Positions 42,171-57,036 are shown, counted from the first letter of the stretch. The stretch is 64,000 nucleotides of DNA from Eledone cirrhosa (GCA_964016885.1 OZ024749.1:45322001-45386000), one strand, 5' to 3'. Program-made: numbers and translations. The notes: generated by a model from the sequence alone, not told the origin.

Positions 42171-42914
42171 TAAATACAGTCGGATGTAACTCGTCCCTTG
42201 TTTATTGAACCTTAATATACGATAAATCAAAAACTCAAAAGATTATATACGACTTCGTCTTCTTTGGCAATTTTATTGTTATATTTTTATGTTATTTTTT
42301 TAACAAATCTTAATGTTTTTGAATTTTTGTCCTAGTGTCGCCTAATAGTAAAAGGTCATTTTAGATGTATGAAATATTTATGTAATTAAACATACTTGTG
42401 ATTATCTTTTATGAAAAAGAACAAAAGAGAGAAAAAATCTGCATTGATTGTTTAAAAATAGCGACTACAATTCATTCTGCATTCTGAATACAAACTAGTG
42501 ATAGTAAACCATTGGTTGCGAACAAAAGACGATGCGAGACAATGTCAAATATTTGAATTATTCTATTTGAGCAATTTTCCACTAAGTTGCTTAGAAACAA
42601 TCGTACAAATATTTTACTTGTTTTTGTGGCAGTTTTATTACTGATGATATATATGAAACAGAATCGCGACAAACGGAGTGTATGTGAGCTCTTCGTAAAA
42701 CCAAATATATGATTTGGTTTCGCTTCACGATTGTATCAGTTTTAGTTTATATCGGTTATTTTGTTACAGCAAACGAAAATTGTTCGCACATCTTCAAAAT
42801 CTATTTTTGCTGCCGTTGTTGGTTAATGTCAGCTACACCACGAAAAATTATAGCTATAACCAAAGATTTTGTTGTCAGGACTGATACATGTTTCTGTGTA
42901 TCTTACGCTACATG

Positions 42915-43065
42915 AAGGCAGCTAATTGCCAATCTTGGTAGAGCGTCGGAGAAAATGTTTGCGATATTTGGAATTGTCCATTACGTTGTGTGTTCCAAAT
43001 GTGCTAAGGTCGACTATGTCATTCATCCTACGGGGCCAATAATATAAGCAACAGTCTAGACTGAT
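42915..43065 (+). mobile_element. tRNA-derived SINE family B, decayed
   Basis: ggtagagcgtcggagaaaatg…aaggtcgactatgtcattcatcc. Confidence 0.7.
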
Positions 43066-43632
43066 TAATTTTTGAGATCGTTAGGGCGTTGTGCAAAATC
43101 TTTGTTGGGAATTTTCTTTAACCCAGGTAGTTAAGGCGATATTGACTATATCCAGCTGATAAGGTAGTGTCTTTTCCGAGTTACTATACCTGAAGGAATT
43201 TACCTAGAAACCATCTTTATATTCGCCAAGAAATTCCCACAGCAGGCCCATAGGCACATATCACTTAGGGTTGGCATAAATGGGATCGTCCATCGGCACG
43301 AAGGAACGAAAATAAAAAGAAGGAACTACATTAATCAATGTTATCGTTCCTTTAATAAGGCTGAAATATTATCTTACCCTATATTTCCGAATTTTTAATC
43401 ACAAAGAACTTCGATAATTCGTAATACATAAGTTGTTTTTCATCGATGATTTGTCGAATATAACATATATATTGTCTACCAAATTATTTAGAAACTCTTT
43501 TAAATTTGGTCACTTCCACAACCCCAAAGGATTAAATGCGGAAATTTCCTACTTTATAAATAAATGTTTTGACATTATACTGAAAAATCCCTCCACCATT
43601 TTCTACTGAATTTCTTTTCCTTTTTACTATTT

Positions 43633-43672
<40 letters not shown>

Positions 43673-43689
43673 GTACCTGCAAATGTATG

Positions 43690-43754
<65 letters not shown>

Positions 43755-44619
43755 TATCTTTTCAGCTATATTTGGAAGTATGCTAAGATGGGCAATGTCG
43801 TCACGCGTATGTCAGCGGATTAGTGCTACATACATCTTTGTGTAGCTGTTTACTTCATCATTTTCTGTGTGTATCTTTATGTATGAATATGTGGGTGTGT
43901 GTTTGTGTGTGTCTATGTCAGTGTGTGTCTTTACCAGTGTGTAACTGTGTGTTTATATATATGAGGATAAGTAGAATATTTATAATGTTCTTGCTTTGAA
44001 AATGAAATCGGAATGAAAAACACAACAGCAGCTTTAACTATAACGGCATTAAGAACAACAACAAAAACATTACAAGCAGTAATCATACAATAAAAAAAGA
44101 ATTATTACAATTCTGAAAATAATTATAATCGTGAGGTAATTAAACTTTAACCTGAATTCTACTATTTATTTATATAAACATTTTTAAAGAAACAATTTAT
44201 TTCAGAAAACAACAATAATGAACTTGTCAATAAATTATAAAGTCTATATAAAATTATTAATAAAATTACATAGCAGGATAAATATAATTAAATAATATTC
44301 ACACAATAGACTACTGCCAATACTTATATACAAAGATAAAAACAAATGTATATATATATATGTTGTGCGTGTGTGTGTGTGTGTGTATGAATTAAATGAT
44401 TGAAATTCAGTCAGATTAAATTCAATAATGAATATTTTCAAAGAAAGGATTATCTGTCTTTTCAGTCGCTAACGTAATCTTTGCAATTTATTAGAAGGCT
44501 TATTCGTCGTTTTTTTCTCCTTACTTTTCCGTGTGTATTGTGAGAGGAGGGTAAGAGCAAAGCCCATATAAGCTAATGAATATGTATACACACACCCACA
44601 CACCCATATACCCACACAC

Positions 44620-44678
<59 letters not shown>

Positions 44679-45406
44679 TCCACAAACACATAGATAATTA
44701 TATATATATAATTATGCTGCATGAAGCTGCCTATATCTATGTGTGTGTATGTTTATACCTGTGTTAGTTTGTATGTGCAAAGGTCAGTGAAATTGTGAAT
44801 TTCGTATTGAATAGCTGCTATGAGTTTATTAGTATGTTATATTAAAAAGCATTTACACCGTGGGGGAAACGAAACAGATCGTCTATCGACTAGTTTCTGT
44901 GTGTTTCTTAACACTGTATAATATAATATACTACATTTACATTACACTTATATTGTAAATATTTTAATATTTCTTACTCCCAAGGCGTTTAAAGTTTTTC
45001 TCGTTATACGAATTGATTCAAACTTGTGAACTCTAATATATAATATTTGCTACGAAACAATAATTTCAGTATGATTTCTATCAATTTTATTTATTGTATG
45101 ATTAAATAAATTGTTTTGTTTGAATCATGTTGTTACAGTAGATTCAATGTTGAATAGTACCATAAGTTGCTTATAATGTACAATTACGGTAGAATCAGAA
45201 ATATGGAATATATTGAGTTGAAAACTGTAGAGTAATTGCCGTTTCTGTTTACTTGAGTATGGCAAAGTATCTATAAATGTAAGTGAAAGTAATTTACATT
45301 TCGTCTATGTTTACATATTAAAAGGAAAGATAAAACGAAATAATGGAGAAGAAAAACTTTAAATACCGAAATTAATGGTAAGAGAGAGAGAGGGAGAGAG
45401 AGATAG

Positions 45407-45498
<92 letters not shown>

Positions 45499-45649
45499 TA
45501 TGGGTCTTTACACTATTCTAGGTGGTATGTTTCAGCTACGATTCTTAAACAAATTGGTGATGGCAGGTGCATGAACAACACCCGGTGAATCTCAATGCGT
45601 CAATCTACCTGCTGACGCTCCTTTCTCAGGTGATTTTGTAAATGAAAGC

Positions 45650-46400
45650 AGGAGTTCGGGGACTAAGAACTGCAAAGTATCGACTGTCACCGGCATGAAT
45701 GGAAATGGTCATTAAAACTCCATTTAGGATTGTTTTACATTTCTGATAGAAACCCATCTGAAAACGCCCATTATTTTGTATATAAAACAGTCTGTCTCAT
45801 AAAGTTTATATTAAAATTTCAAATTTGTTAAGATACAGAAGAAAGAACAGCTTAAAAGTGAAAAAGTAGTTTTCATCAAACCGAAGATCTGGTCTGAATG
45901 CACATTGTAAGATGTGCTACACTAAATTCACCAAAGAAAAAACTATTTATTCTTTACACATCGCAAAAGATTTATTAAATCTACAACAAAATATCACAGA
46001 TTTTGTGAGCCACTTCACAATATTACGAAGTTGGATCAAAACCAGAAACGTATAAATCTAGAGCAAACTTCTCAAACATAAACCATTCGTGCTTTGCTGT
46101 AAATATTTCCCTGAATTCAATGATATAAGGGTCAAGAAAGTAAGCAAAAGAGGTGTATTGATTCACTATTCAGTAATCTAGAGTTTTTCTCTAAAATTGT
46201 AGCTATATGCTGATGAGAGTAATCATTGTTTTATATTACACATGGAATAAAATTGTAGAGTCACTAGAATTCAAATTGAAATTCATGAAAGAGAGAAATG
46301 TATAGTATTTTGTCATCATTCCTGTCCCAAACAATGTACATAGAATTTACGTTATACTTCAAATTCACATCATTATGATAGATTGTTTAGAAAGAATAGT
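45650..46400 (+). pseudogene. Heavily decayed LINE RT (CR1/L2-like)
   Basis: Remnants LHIAKDLL (cf. LDFAKAFD), LRSWIK and LYADES at about 46203 in the correct order. Confidence 0.35.
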
Positions 46401-46556
46401 TTCGCTATACTAGAACAATTGAAAGAACTCCATGTTTAAATAATACACTTAGAAATATTTTGTAGGCAAACGCACACACTAGAGCACATACAGACACACA
46501 CACCCACACTCACACACGCACACACACACACACGTTCACATAGGCACACACAAACA

Positions 46557-46642
<86 letters not shown>

Positions 46643-47065
46643 TGTGTGTGTGTGTGTCATATAAGTGTGTCATATAAGCTTGTCTGTGTTTCATACATAT
46701 ATACAGAAAAAAATAATGTAACCAAAAGGACATACAGACATACATAAATATACACATACAAGGATGTATGTATACATACACACATGTATACATACATACT
46801 TGCATACGTACATTTGAACTTGCCGGCAGCATTCTTTGATATGAAAACTTGTTATCCGGTATTATCGACTATCACCCTGACCTGCAGTCCTAGCTTTTCA
46901 GGTGTGTTCCAAATATAGATTGGTCACCTTTTTATCACTCACGCAGAAGATAAAAGTTATATATAAGACACCCAGCAAGAGTTCATTCTTTAATCCTTAA
47001 CTAGCTATTCCCATGAAGGGTGTACAACACTGACTCACTTAACTCCATTATAATTACCTATATAT

Positions 47066-47250
47066 GGAGATTGACAGTATTGGTAGAGGGTCGGACACCA
47101 TGCTTTGCAGCATAGATTTAAAGCCCTTTATGGTCTGAGTTCAAATCCCGCCGAGGTTCACTTTGCCTTTCATCTTCACGGGGTCGATAAAATAAAGTAC
47201 CAGCAATATACTGAGATAATTGCGGGCCTTGTGCCAAATGTAGAAACAAT
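47066..47250 (+). mobile_element. tRNA-derived SINE family B (short)
   Basis: Well-preserved copy flanked by attataattacctatata direct repeats. Confidence 0.9.
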
Positions 47251-47268
47251 TATAATTACCTATATAAT

Positions 47269-47416
47269 AGTTTCTTATATAGGCACAAGGCCAGCAATTT
47301 TTATGGGGGGAGGGGAAAGTCGATTAAATCGACCTCAGAGCGTGACTGGTACTTTATTTTATCGACCCCGTAAGGATGAAAGGCAAAGTTAACCTCGGCG
47401 TGGTTTGAACTCAGAA
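47269..47416 (-). mobile_element. tRNA-derived SINE family B (long), 5'-truncated
   Basis: Reverse complement matches the 29995 copy; flanked by attacctatataat. Confidence 0.9.
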
Positions 47417-49191
47417 ATATTACCTATATAATGATTACCTATATAATGGCACCCAGCAGGGATGAAGTATAACAATTTAAATCTTCACTATTATCATAAT
47501 TTTATTTTTATAACGTGGGAATACTACCTTATTATCAGTTTGTTGTGTGTTTGTGGCTGCTGGAATTAACCACCAGCCAAATCATTGCACATAATCTTCA
47601 CTCTTTTAGTACAATGTCCACTTATAATGTACCGACTTATTTAAAAGTCGGTTGTTTTAGTTTTAGTTTTAGTTTTTCGGAGTTTAATCGTAAACTGGAA
47701 TATAGGCTGCTTAATATAGATATATCTAAAGTACCACATGTGTTTTTATGTTGTTTTTTTATCTATTCAAGGTCAACGAATTTGTCTATTATATCTTGAA
47801 CTCCTTAAGATATTTTATTTTGTGTCGTTATATTGTAGTTAAGATTAAAAGGAAGTTTCACTTTTACTTTGATCTTAGCCAATAGAATTGTCCGCTTATT
47901 TACCTTGCAGAGAACATTATTCATTTTTTGTTCTTGATAAAAGATATTTAACATTGATATAGTTTGTGGTATGAAATAGAATGAATCTTCGTCGGTTTTA
48001 TGAGGAACGTTCTATCTATCCGACCCATGGAATAGCCTACTCATAAAACTAACGTGCAGGTGACAAAGCATTTCAAAGAGATTCAGCTTTATAGAGCGCG
48101 TGACAATGTTGGCCGTATGTGTTAGACACAGACCATTTAACGGCCTTCAACGACAACAAAACATTGTGTTCATCATAACGCATATTACAATATGTGGTCA
48201 TTTAGTCTTCTAGAAATAGCCACCAAATCTCCCTTAAATCAAACACAACCAACTTTCATAAAACCTGGAGGTTTATACGTTTTCAGTCTTTAAAAAGATA
48301 CACGTGTTCTTGATATTAAAGGTGGGTGGTCAAAGCTATAACACCTGTTATGTTTAGAAGTAAGCTGTGGAAAAATAGCTAGAACAAATAGTAAACAAAC
48401 ATTCATACCCAAAATCAAATTACACAAATTGTAAACCGAGATTTAAACCGGCAACTAATCATCGCTCACTGGTAAGAGTTAAAAGAAAAAAGATACAGGT
48501 AATCCTGACAAGAATGTGGGCTGGTCAAGTGTGCAACACCTGCGATTATTAAAGCTGAGCTGTGGCTATTGAAAAAAAAAACAAATGCTAAAAATAAAGA
48601 TGAAAAATGTATCACGATCAAAGTCAAGTTGCACAGCTGCTTTACATACACTTCGACATGCAGCTCAAAATATCTTGATGATAGTTGTAAAATCTGAAAC
48701 AATGATACAGGTAAACCTGATAAGGATGTGGTCTGGTCAAGGCAGAAACACCGCAGCTGGTATTCCTTATCAAAATCAGATTACGCAATTAGTTAACCGT
48801 GACTTAAAGTTCCAGCTCAGAATACGTAACAGGTTGTTGTAAAAACTGTATTAATACAAAGAAATAAAAGTGAAAATAATAATTCTGGGCAGTAAGTGTG
48901 ACAAGTGTGCCAAGTAAACTTAGAACACGAAGAAGTATAGAAAAGTTTCGTATTTTTCAGGTTTGAAAGTAGAAGTGATATGTAGTGTTACAACAGGTGT
49001 CGGTAGTGAAACGCTGCTGTAAATTACGGCGTGTAACTCGAGACTGAAGAAGTGGCAATTGACAATATAGATTACCTGCTGGGCCCTCTCGGATAACGAG
49101 TCACATGAGTGGCGTACACAATCACAAGTCCTGCCTTGTTTGCATGACCAAGGAAATTGTAATTCCCTTCACTTTCGTTGATACACGTGTA

Positions 49192-49273
<82 letters not shown>

Positions 49274-49402
49274 GGAGTCCAACAAATGCCCACTTTGCTC
49301 GATGAAGAGCATAATACAAATCAATTTTGGAAACGTAAATAAAATAAAAAAATATTTACTTATTTACTCAGTGTTCCTATTGTATACATATATATATGTA
49401 TA

Positions 49403-49492
<90 letters not shown>

Positions 49493-50131
49493 CACACACA
49501 CATATATATATTCAGTGTATTTGTTAAATACTCCCCTACGGTTGAGTAAAGAACTTGGCCGAATCGGACTGCTATATTTAGCAGCATTTTCTCTTGCCAG
49601 TATCCACATACCTCTGCCCTTAAGTAGGACGTTATTCCCGTGATAATTCCTTCGTTTGAATATATATGTATATATATTTATATACACCTGCACACCCACA
49701 TTCCCAAGCACCGGTGCCCTTACATACACATACATAAATAGATACGGATGTTTAATTAAAAAACAAGATTTGATACATTCAACAACTTCTGATGTAACAA
49801 TATTTCCCTTGAGTACAGATCGACAAAATATGAATTGAATCGCATCAAATGACTCTGGGTCCAATAAGCAACGTCTTCTCTTTAGAGATTTTAAAATAAA
49901 AATAAAATTGTACAAATAAGATTTGCAGTTGTAATAGCATTAATATTCTTTGTTGGAATGTTAGCCCATTCTGTTTGTTGTCTATTCATATTCACCTAAC
50001 TTTGTTCTCTTTTTTTCTATTCCTCTTAGATTATTTGTAATAAAAGAAATCATGTCACTTTTAGATGGACGACTAGATGCTTATATATGTATGTATTTAT
50101 TTCTCCCCCACCCCCGCCTCTCTCTCTCTCG

Positions 50132-50274
<143 letters not shown>

Positions 50275-50278
50275 CATA

Positions 50279-50310
<32 letters not shown>

Positions 50311-50378
50311 CATATATATATACATATATATGTACATATATACATATATACATATATATATACACATATATATACATA

Positions 50379-50450
<72 letters not shown>

Positions 50451-50517
50451 TATACATATCCAGATATGTCAACCGCTCTCTCCACACTTCTGATCTTCTA
50501 TATCAGTTCCTCCTCTC

Positions 50518-51304
50518 TTGCACTGGAGAAACACCAGGACGCTGGCTTTACTGTAGCACCGGCTCAGAGCAGGAGAGTTAAGGCGAAAAAGGTATCGGAT
50601 GCTGAATTTGCCGACGACATAGTTTTAGTGACAAATACAGTGAAGGAGGCAGAGGATTTGATGCGAGAGGTTGAGATTGTGTCGATGAGTGTGGGGCTGA
50701 GAATGAATGAGACTCAAACAAAATATCTGGTAGTGAATGTTGAGACGCCATAGGGGATCACTAATGTAGGCGCGAAGCCGCTAGAATTGGTTGAGGGCTT
50801 CCTGTATTTGGGAGCAAAGATTGGGAATACGGAAGGTGATGTGGTTGAGAGGAAGAGCAAAACCTGGGCGGCGTGCCACAGCTTGAGATCGGTGTTGAAG
50901 TCGGACCTTCGTAAAGACCTGAAAATCCGCCTCTTCATTGCTGTAGTGGAGTCTGTGCTGCTGTACGGGTCTGAGACTTGGACACTGACCAAGAAACTCA
51001 CTCAGATGGTGGATGGGTGCTACACGAGAATGCTGAGGATGGCTCTGAACATTAATCAGTATACACTGAGGATGAAAAACCAAAAGTCAGCTCAAAAGTG
51101 ACTCAGAGGAGACTGAGGTTAGCTGGACAAGCTCACCGATATCCAGTGTTGACATTGCACTCAGTGCTCCTGTGGGAGCCCCTACATGGACACACTAGAA
51201 GACGAAGACCAAGGTTGGAGACGCAGGACATGGCAGCGGTAATGAGGGACAGAGACCGCTGGAGAGAACTCGTCCATGGATCTCGGGAATTTTACCCGCC
51301 CTAG
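50518..51304 (+). mobile_element. RTE-clade LINE, 5'-truncated ORF2 (RT C-terminal half), pseudogenised
   Basis: EFADDIVL…[43 protein letters not shown]…WEP; in-frame stop at 50751 and deletions. Confidence 0.92.
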
Positions 51305-51320
51305 ATAGATATATATATAT

Positions 51321-51414
<94 letters not shown>

Positions 51415-52119
51415 TAAGCTTTACTGCATTTCAGGTCGCATCTTTGAATAAGTCAGATATTTTTGATATCTCATATTTATATATTCTGTTAGCTCCTGTT
51501 AGCAGTAAATACAAAAAATCGATTTTGTTGCGTGTTTTAGGGCTGTTGTAATCAATATTTAGATACAGAAAAAGCATATTTAAGCGGATCCAAATCGTTT
51601 TCAACGTAGTCTATCAAATCACATATCTTAAGTGTTCACCATGTGTCGTATTTCAGCTGACTTTCAGAGATATCAGCTTGTTTAATCTAACAAATGTGTA
51701 AGACGAGAAGTTGACAGATATGGTGGAGTGATTTTCTTTTTATCTAACATCGTCTCCTTTCCTTGATTAGTTCATATTCCACTGCTGTCTACATTGCTTA
51801 TTTTTATAGTGGGCTGCAATATATGATAAAGGACCAGACATATATCTAATCTAATATGGCCGAGTTTACACTCGCAAATAAGAAGAACCCGGGCTGCCCC
51901 GAGGAGCATTGGATTTGTTGTATTTCATATTTGTTTCTGTTATTGAATACAATGAGTGGTCACTGCTTCTCTTCTAACTCGAGCGGGAGCGCCTTTCCAT
52001 TGTCAATTTGCATTGCTCATCTGCAAAGCCGCATTGTTCTCAGAACCACTACACCAGTCTTTCGATGTGTGCAGCTGGAACTACTGCCTCCCATTGATTT
52101 GACAGGATTGCAACTCATT

Positions 52120-52258
52120 TCTACAGCTGAGTAAACTGGAGCAACGTGAAATAAAGTGTCTTGGTCAAAGACACAACACATCACCCGGTCCGAGAATCGA
52201 ACTCACAACCTTTCGATTACAAGCCCAATGCTCTAATCACTAAGCCATGCGCCTTCAC
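52120..52258 (-). mobile_element. CORE-type SINE
   Basis: Reverse complement gtgaaggcgcatggcttagtgattagag…gagttcgattc…gacactttatttcacgttgctccag. Confidence 0.85.
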
Positions 52259-53393
52259 TTAGACATATACTAGTGCCGGATTGTCCACCATGTTATGTTT
52301 AATATTCCTCTTATTTAATATTCTACTTAGTAGCTCATATTTTCTCATTTACAGGACGCTGCTCCTTTATTGTTTAAACGTATACACATGAAGAACGATT
52401 CTGATGTTATAGTATAAATATCAAATTATCACTATTAAACATTCAAAAACTCCTGTATTGAATCTAAATAAAGCTTAGACAATATGCTAACAATTACTGT
52501 TAGCAATCGCTCATTTGAATACGATGGCCTAGCCAAACATAAGGTCTACCAATATCTAATAAACAATTACCTTCAATGTACGTCAATACTTATCTTTTGC
52601 CATTTCTTAGAGAGTACTGTGAGGCTAACATTTCTTCAGTCAAAAAATACGGCGAATCATTTATTTCTAATTCCAAACTCGCTCGCTGTTTCAGACCTTA
52701 CTTATAATTACCTTCAATGTATAAATTAAGGTTCACAACCGAAGCCTTCAAACTACACTTTCATCAGCACGGCCACAACTTCTATATCCCTCATAGAGGG
52801 TACAACACCTCGTTAACAATGCACCAGTGTGAGTTGAAAATCGAAAACATCGAAAACCTGGGTTGGAATATATGATCAATTATATAACTAAATTCAGAAA
52901 GTAACGCGTAATGTGAATTCAGTAAAGCGAAAAGCCGAGAAATCTGAATCTAAATTAAATTCCGAAATATTCAGAATATACAGATCAGTAACCACATGAA
53001 CCTACACAATGAATGCCATAGATAGAGTAACGTAAACAATGTGTAATATATATTGTTATATACATATATATTTTAATATATACTGTATATATATATACGT
53101 ATATTATTTCATTTATAATATATCCATATGTAACTTTCGACACACACAAACTTGTTTTTATGTTGATACACACACACACAAACACACCCCCACACATACA
53201 CCCCACCACACACACCCGCGCACGCACACACACACACACACACATACGTATATTCATTTTTTAAGGTTTGTCAGAAGGTCATCAGGCTCACTATTTCGCC
53301 TTAATAGAATGAATATTTAAACTCCACTGTTGTATTGAGTACTCTTTTCTCTCAGCCGCCAACTACATGCGAATATATATATATATATATGTG

Positions 53394-53454
<61 letters not shown>

Positions 53455-54267
53455 TGTGTGTGCGTGTATGTGCGTGTATGTGTGTATTTGTGTGTCTGTG
53501 TGTCTATGTATAAGTGTTTCTGTGTGTAGAATTATAAATATAGTTATATATTTGCGTTAAAAACACCAGTCTTTGATCAGCTTAAAAAAAAAAAATAATC
53601 AAACAGAAAGACAGTGGACCGACTGTAGAGGTAGATAGTATGTCTTATCTGATTGCTTAGTCAGTCCTTACACTGTCCTTTTGATCATGGTAAAGCAATA
53701 ATGTGTTTCATTCAGCTTGACACATGAGCTTCTCACCGCGTTGGTTTGAAGAGCATGCGGCATTGCTTTTTTGGTATGACCTTTCTCTGATTGGGGTCAA
53801 CCATGCAGTTTAGTGTAGTCAGGCGAGCCAAAACTAAGGTAATTCGCTCACCAACTTTAAGAAAAAACTGAATCTATGTTGTTTGAAATAAGCTGATTTC
53901 TTTTTTATTATTATTATTATTATTTTTGGTCATATAATTCTATCCCATTTTCTGAAACAATTTCACTTTGAACTCAACTGATGACAAATTATTTATTTAT
54001 TCATTTATTTCTTTATTTATTATTAATTTTATTATTTTTATTATACTCGTTTCTATTGTTGTTGCTGTTGTGGTTGTGGTTTTGTCATTGCTGATGCTGT
54101 CGTTGTTTATGATGCTGCGATTTTCGTCGTTGCTGTTATAATTGTTATTGTCATCTTCATCATAATCGTCATCATCATCATAAGCATCATCATCATCATA
54201 CTCATTATCAACATCATCTTTTATAATTCATATTCTTGTATTGATGTCACAAATATATATATATATA

Positions 54268-54625
54268 TAATAATAAGAATAAATGTGAAGACTAAAATCC
54301 GAAGAGGGCTCGATAAGCATTATATATATATATATAAATATATAAAAACTGTAGAGCAAATATTTATTAAAATAACCGATTAAAGTTTAAGTAAATATCG
54401 TCTTCCTTTTTCCTTCGGTTGCAATATTTTTCGAAATATTCATTTCTGCGTCCACAGATTGATTCTTTTTAGTTTCAGAAGATCGCGTTAAGCAGCGATT
54501 CTTTGATGAACATTTAATCTGTTATTTTAATAAATATTTGCTCTCGGGCTCTCATATATTTAATATATATTTATCCTTATCAAGCCCTCTTTTGATTTTA
54601 GTCTTCACATTTATTATTATTACTA
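54268..54625. mobile_element. Family C palindrome with tails on both arms
   Basis: Left inverted arm 54268-54395, right sense arm 54396-54625; HHR partly deleted. Confidence 0.85.
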
Positions 54626-54668
54626 TATATATACAAACACATGCACACACACACACATACACACACAC

Positions 54669-54763
<95 letters not shown>

Positions 54764-54860
54764 TATATATATACACACATATATATATATATATATTTGT
54801 TTTTTTGACCAGTGTAAATATTTCTCTTTCTATATAGAAAATTAAATATACATATGTAGG

Positions 54861-54934
54861 GAAAATAAAACGGTGTCAAAACAGATAAAAAAATACATAT
54901 ATTGATTTATCTGTTTTGGCATCGTTTTATTTTC
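54861..54934. repeat. Short hairpin inverted repeat
   Basis: gaaaataaaacggtgtcaaaacagataaa / tttatctgttttggcatcgttttattttc with two G.U-compatible differences. Confidence 0.8.
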
Positions 54935-55424
54935 ATTTTTTTTTCATGTCGTTACCCTATAAAAGGGGCCTGATGTTTATACAGCGCCAGCAAAACACCA
55001 ACATTGCAATACTTTAACAGTGACATATGTGAGAACATCGTAGAATAAAACTTTAACAAAGGTGAATACCCAGTGTATAACTGGTATTTTATTTTAACGA
55101 CCCCGTAATGATCCTTGGCGGGATAATAACAGATAGAGACGCTTTCCACGAATGAATCTTCGCATCTTACAGATGTTATATATTGTATTTCACTTTCACC
55201 GCATGTATTTAATTCTATAAAACTTATAAACATTATAGCACAATTAATAAAAATTAGAGAACAATTAAACATACAATAAAACACATCCCGTCTATGGCTT
55301 TTATATATAAAGTTTCATTCAAAATAAATCATCAGGAAATCCTTCCATATGATTTTGTTTTGGTTGAAACAGTTCAACTCCTGTTCAACGCCTTTTTATA
55401 TTAAATTTGATGTTTACAATTCAT

Positions 55425-55460
55425 TCTTCTGATGAAGGACTGGCGTCCGAAACGTCGAGG
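55425..55460 (+). ncRNA. Minimal type I hammerhead motif (family F)
   Basis: TCTT-CTGATGA-A-GGAC-TGGC-GTCC-GAAA-CG-TC-GAGG; stem III reduced to palindromic ACGT; element continues to about 55545. Confidence 0.6.
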
Positions 55461-55568
55461 CTCTCTTCCCGCTATATCAAGCGTTAACCTAATATATCCC
55501 TTCCATATACTGTACCGATTGTGTTGTTATTTCTGTTAACATTTTTTGCGCACACACACACACACACG

Positions 55569-55635
<67 letters not shown>

Positions 55636-55852
55636 GCAAACATGACGGGCGCTCTATCTCAAAATTATTTTTGAAAAGCATTAGAAATGCACAACCGGTA
55701 AAAACTTAAAACCAAAACTGAATACCAACCAATACTTATTACTCATTTTTACTTATTCCTAATTAAACTATTTTTCACTGGGAACAATTTGTCAGCATTT
55801 TCTTTTCCTTTTACCAATATATCATAACACGTGTGTTACACCTCTATTCTTT

Positions 55853-55897
<45 letters not shown>

Positions 55898-56449
55898 TTA
55901 TATATATATATATAAACACACATATATATATATGTATATATATATGTATGTATATATATATATATATACATATACACACACACACAGACACATATATATA
56001 TATATATATATGGGGGGGGGGGGTCAACACATGTATATATTTTCTCCTTGAGTAGTTCTGCACTGGCTATACAAGACAAAAGTAAAACACCTGTTGAGTT
56101 GAAAGGTATTTCATTTCACTAACGAGGCTAATGGCCTTGGGACAACATTAATATAACATCTTCCCCAACCTATGTCATATAGACATCGTGTCTGCTCGGC
56201 GAAGCCAACTGGAAAATATTTCAGTGGACACTCCTTAACATATTACACCATCGTAAACTTAATGTGATATACTTATATCAGATATGTTCATATATCTATC
56301 TTATATTTCGATATTTTTTCTTTGATCTATCTGTTTAACTATTGCCGCATACATCTATCATCTTTCTTTCACAACCAACAAGATGCTCACACAAACACAC
56401 ATATAGATACGTATATAAATGCATATATGTATATAATATGTATGTAAAA

Positions 56450-56670
56450 GGTAACGATAAATAGAAATAGCAACATAATCGGTACAGTATATGGAAGGAA
56501 TGTATAAGGTTAACGCTTGAAATAGCATGAAGAGACTTAATGTTTCGGACGCTAGTCCTTTATCAGAAGAAAGAATGAGAAATACGATAGATTGAAGGGT
56601 CGAGCGGGTTGGAATGGGAAAAATGTCTTTAGATAAAAATAACAGATCCATTCATGTTGACAACTCCTGG
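56450..56670 (-). mobile_element. Family F element with mutated HHR (56535-56570)
   Basis: Reverse complement ttcttctgataaaggactagcgtccgaaacattaag…tcaagcgttaacc…ccttccatatactgtaccgatt matches 55425-55530. Confidence 0.75.
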
Positions 56671-56717
56671 AAAACTACATATATATACAGACATATATTC
56701 ATATATATATATATATA

Positions 56718-56797
<80 letters not shown>

Positions 56798-56802
<5 letters not shown>

Positions 56803-57030
56803 ATAATAATAAATTTGAAGACTAAAATCCAAAGAGGGCTCGATAAGGATAAATATATATCAAATATATAAGAACCGTAGAGCAAATATTTATTAAAATA
56901 ACAGATTAAAGTTTAAGCAAAGAATTGCTACTTTCACCCTTAACGGGATCTTCTGAAACTCTGAGTTTCAGAAGATCCCGTTAAGGGTGAAAGCAGCGAT
57001 TCTTTGCTTAAACTTTAATCTATTATTTTA

Positions 57031-57036
<6 letters not shown>
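56798..57036. mobile_element. Family C asymmetric palindrome (youngest-looking copy)
   Basis: About 72-bp arms folding at about 56962; left arm has about 90 bp tail; in (TA)n. Confidence 0.92.
56964..57014 (+). ncRNA. HHR-like motif with CAGAAGA (U4A) core, family C
   Basis: AGTTT-CAGAAGA-T-CCC-GTTAA-GGG-T-GAAA-GCA-GCGATTCTT-TGC-TT-AAACT; all three stems form; mirror copy on the minus strand at 56910-56960. Confidence 0.6.
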
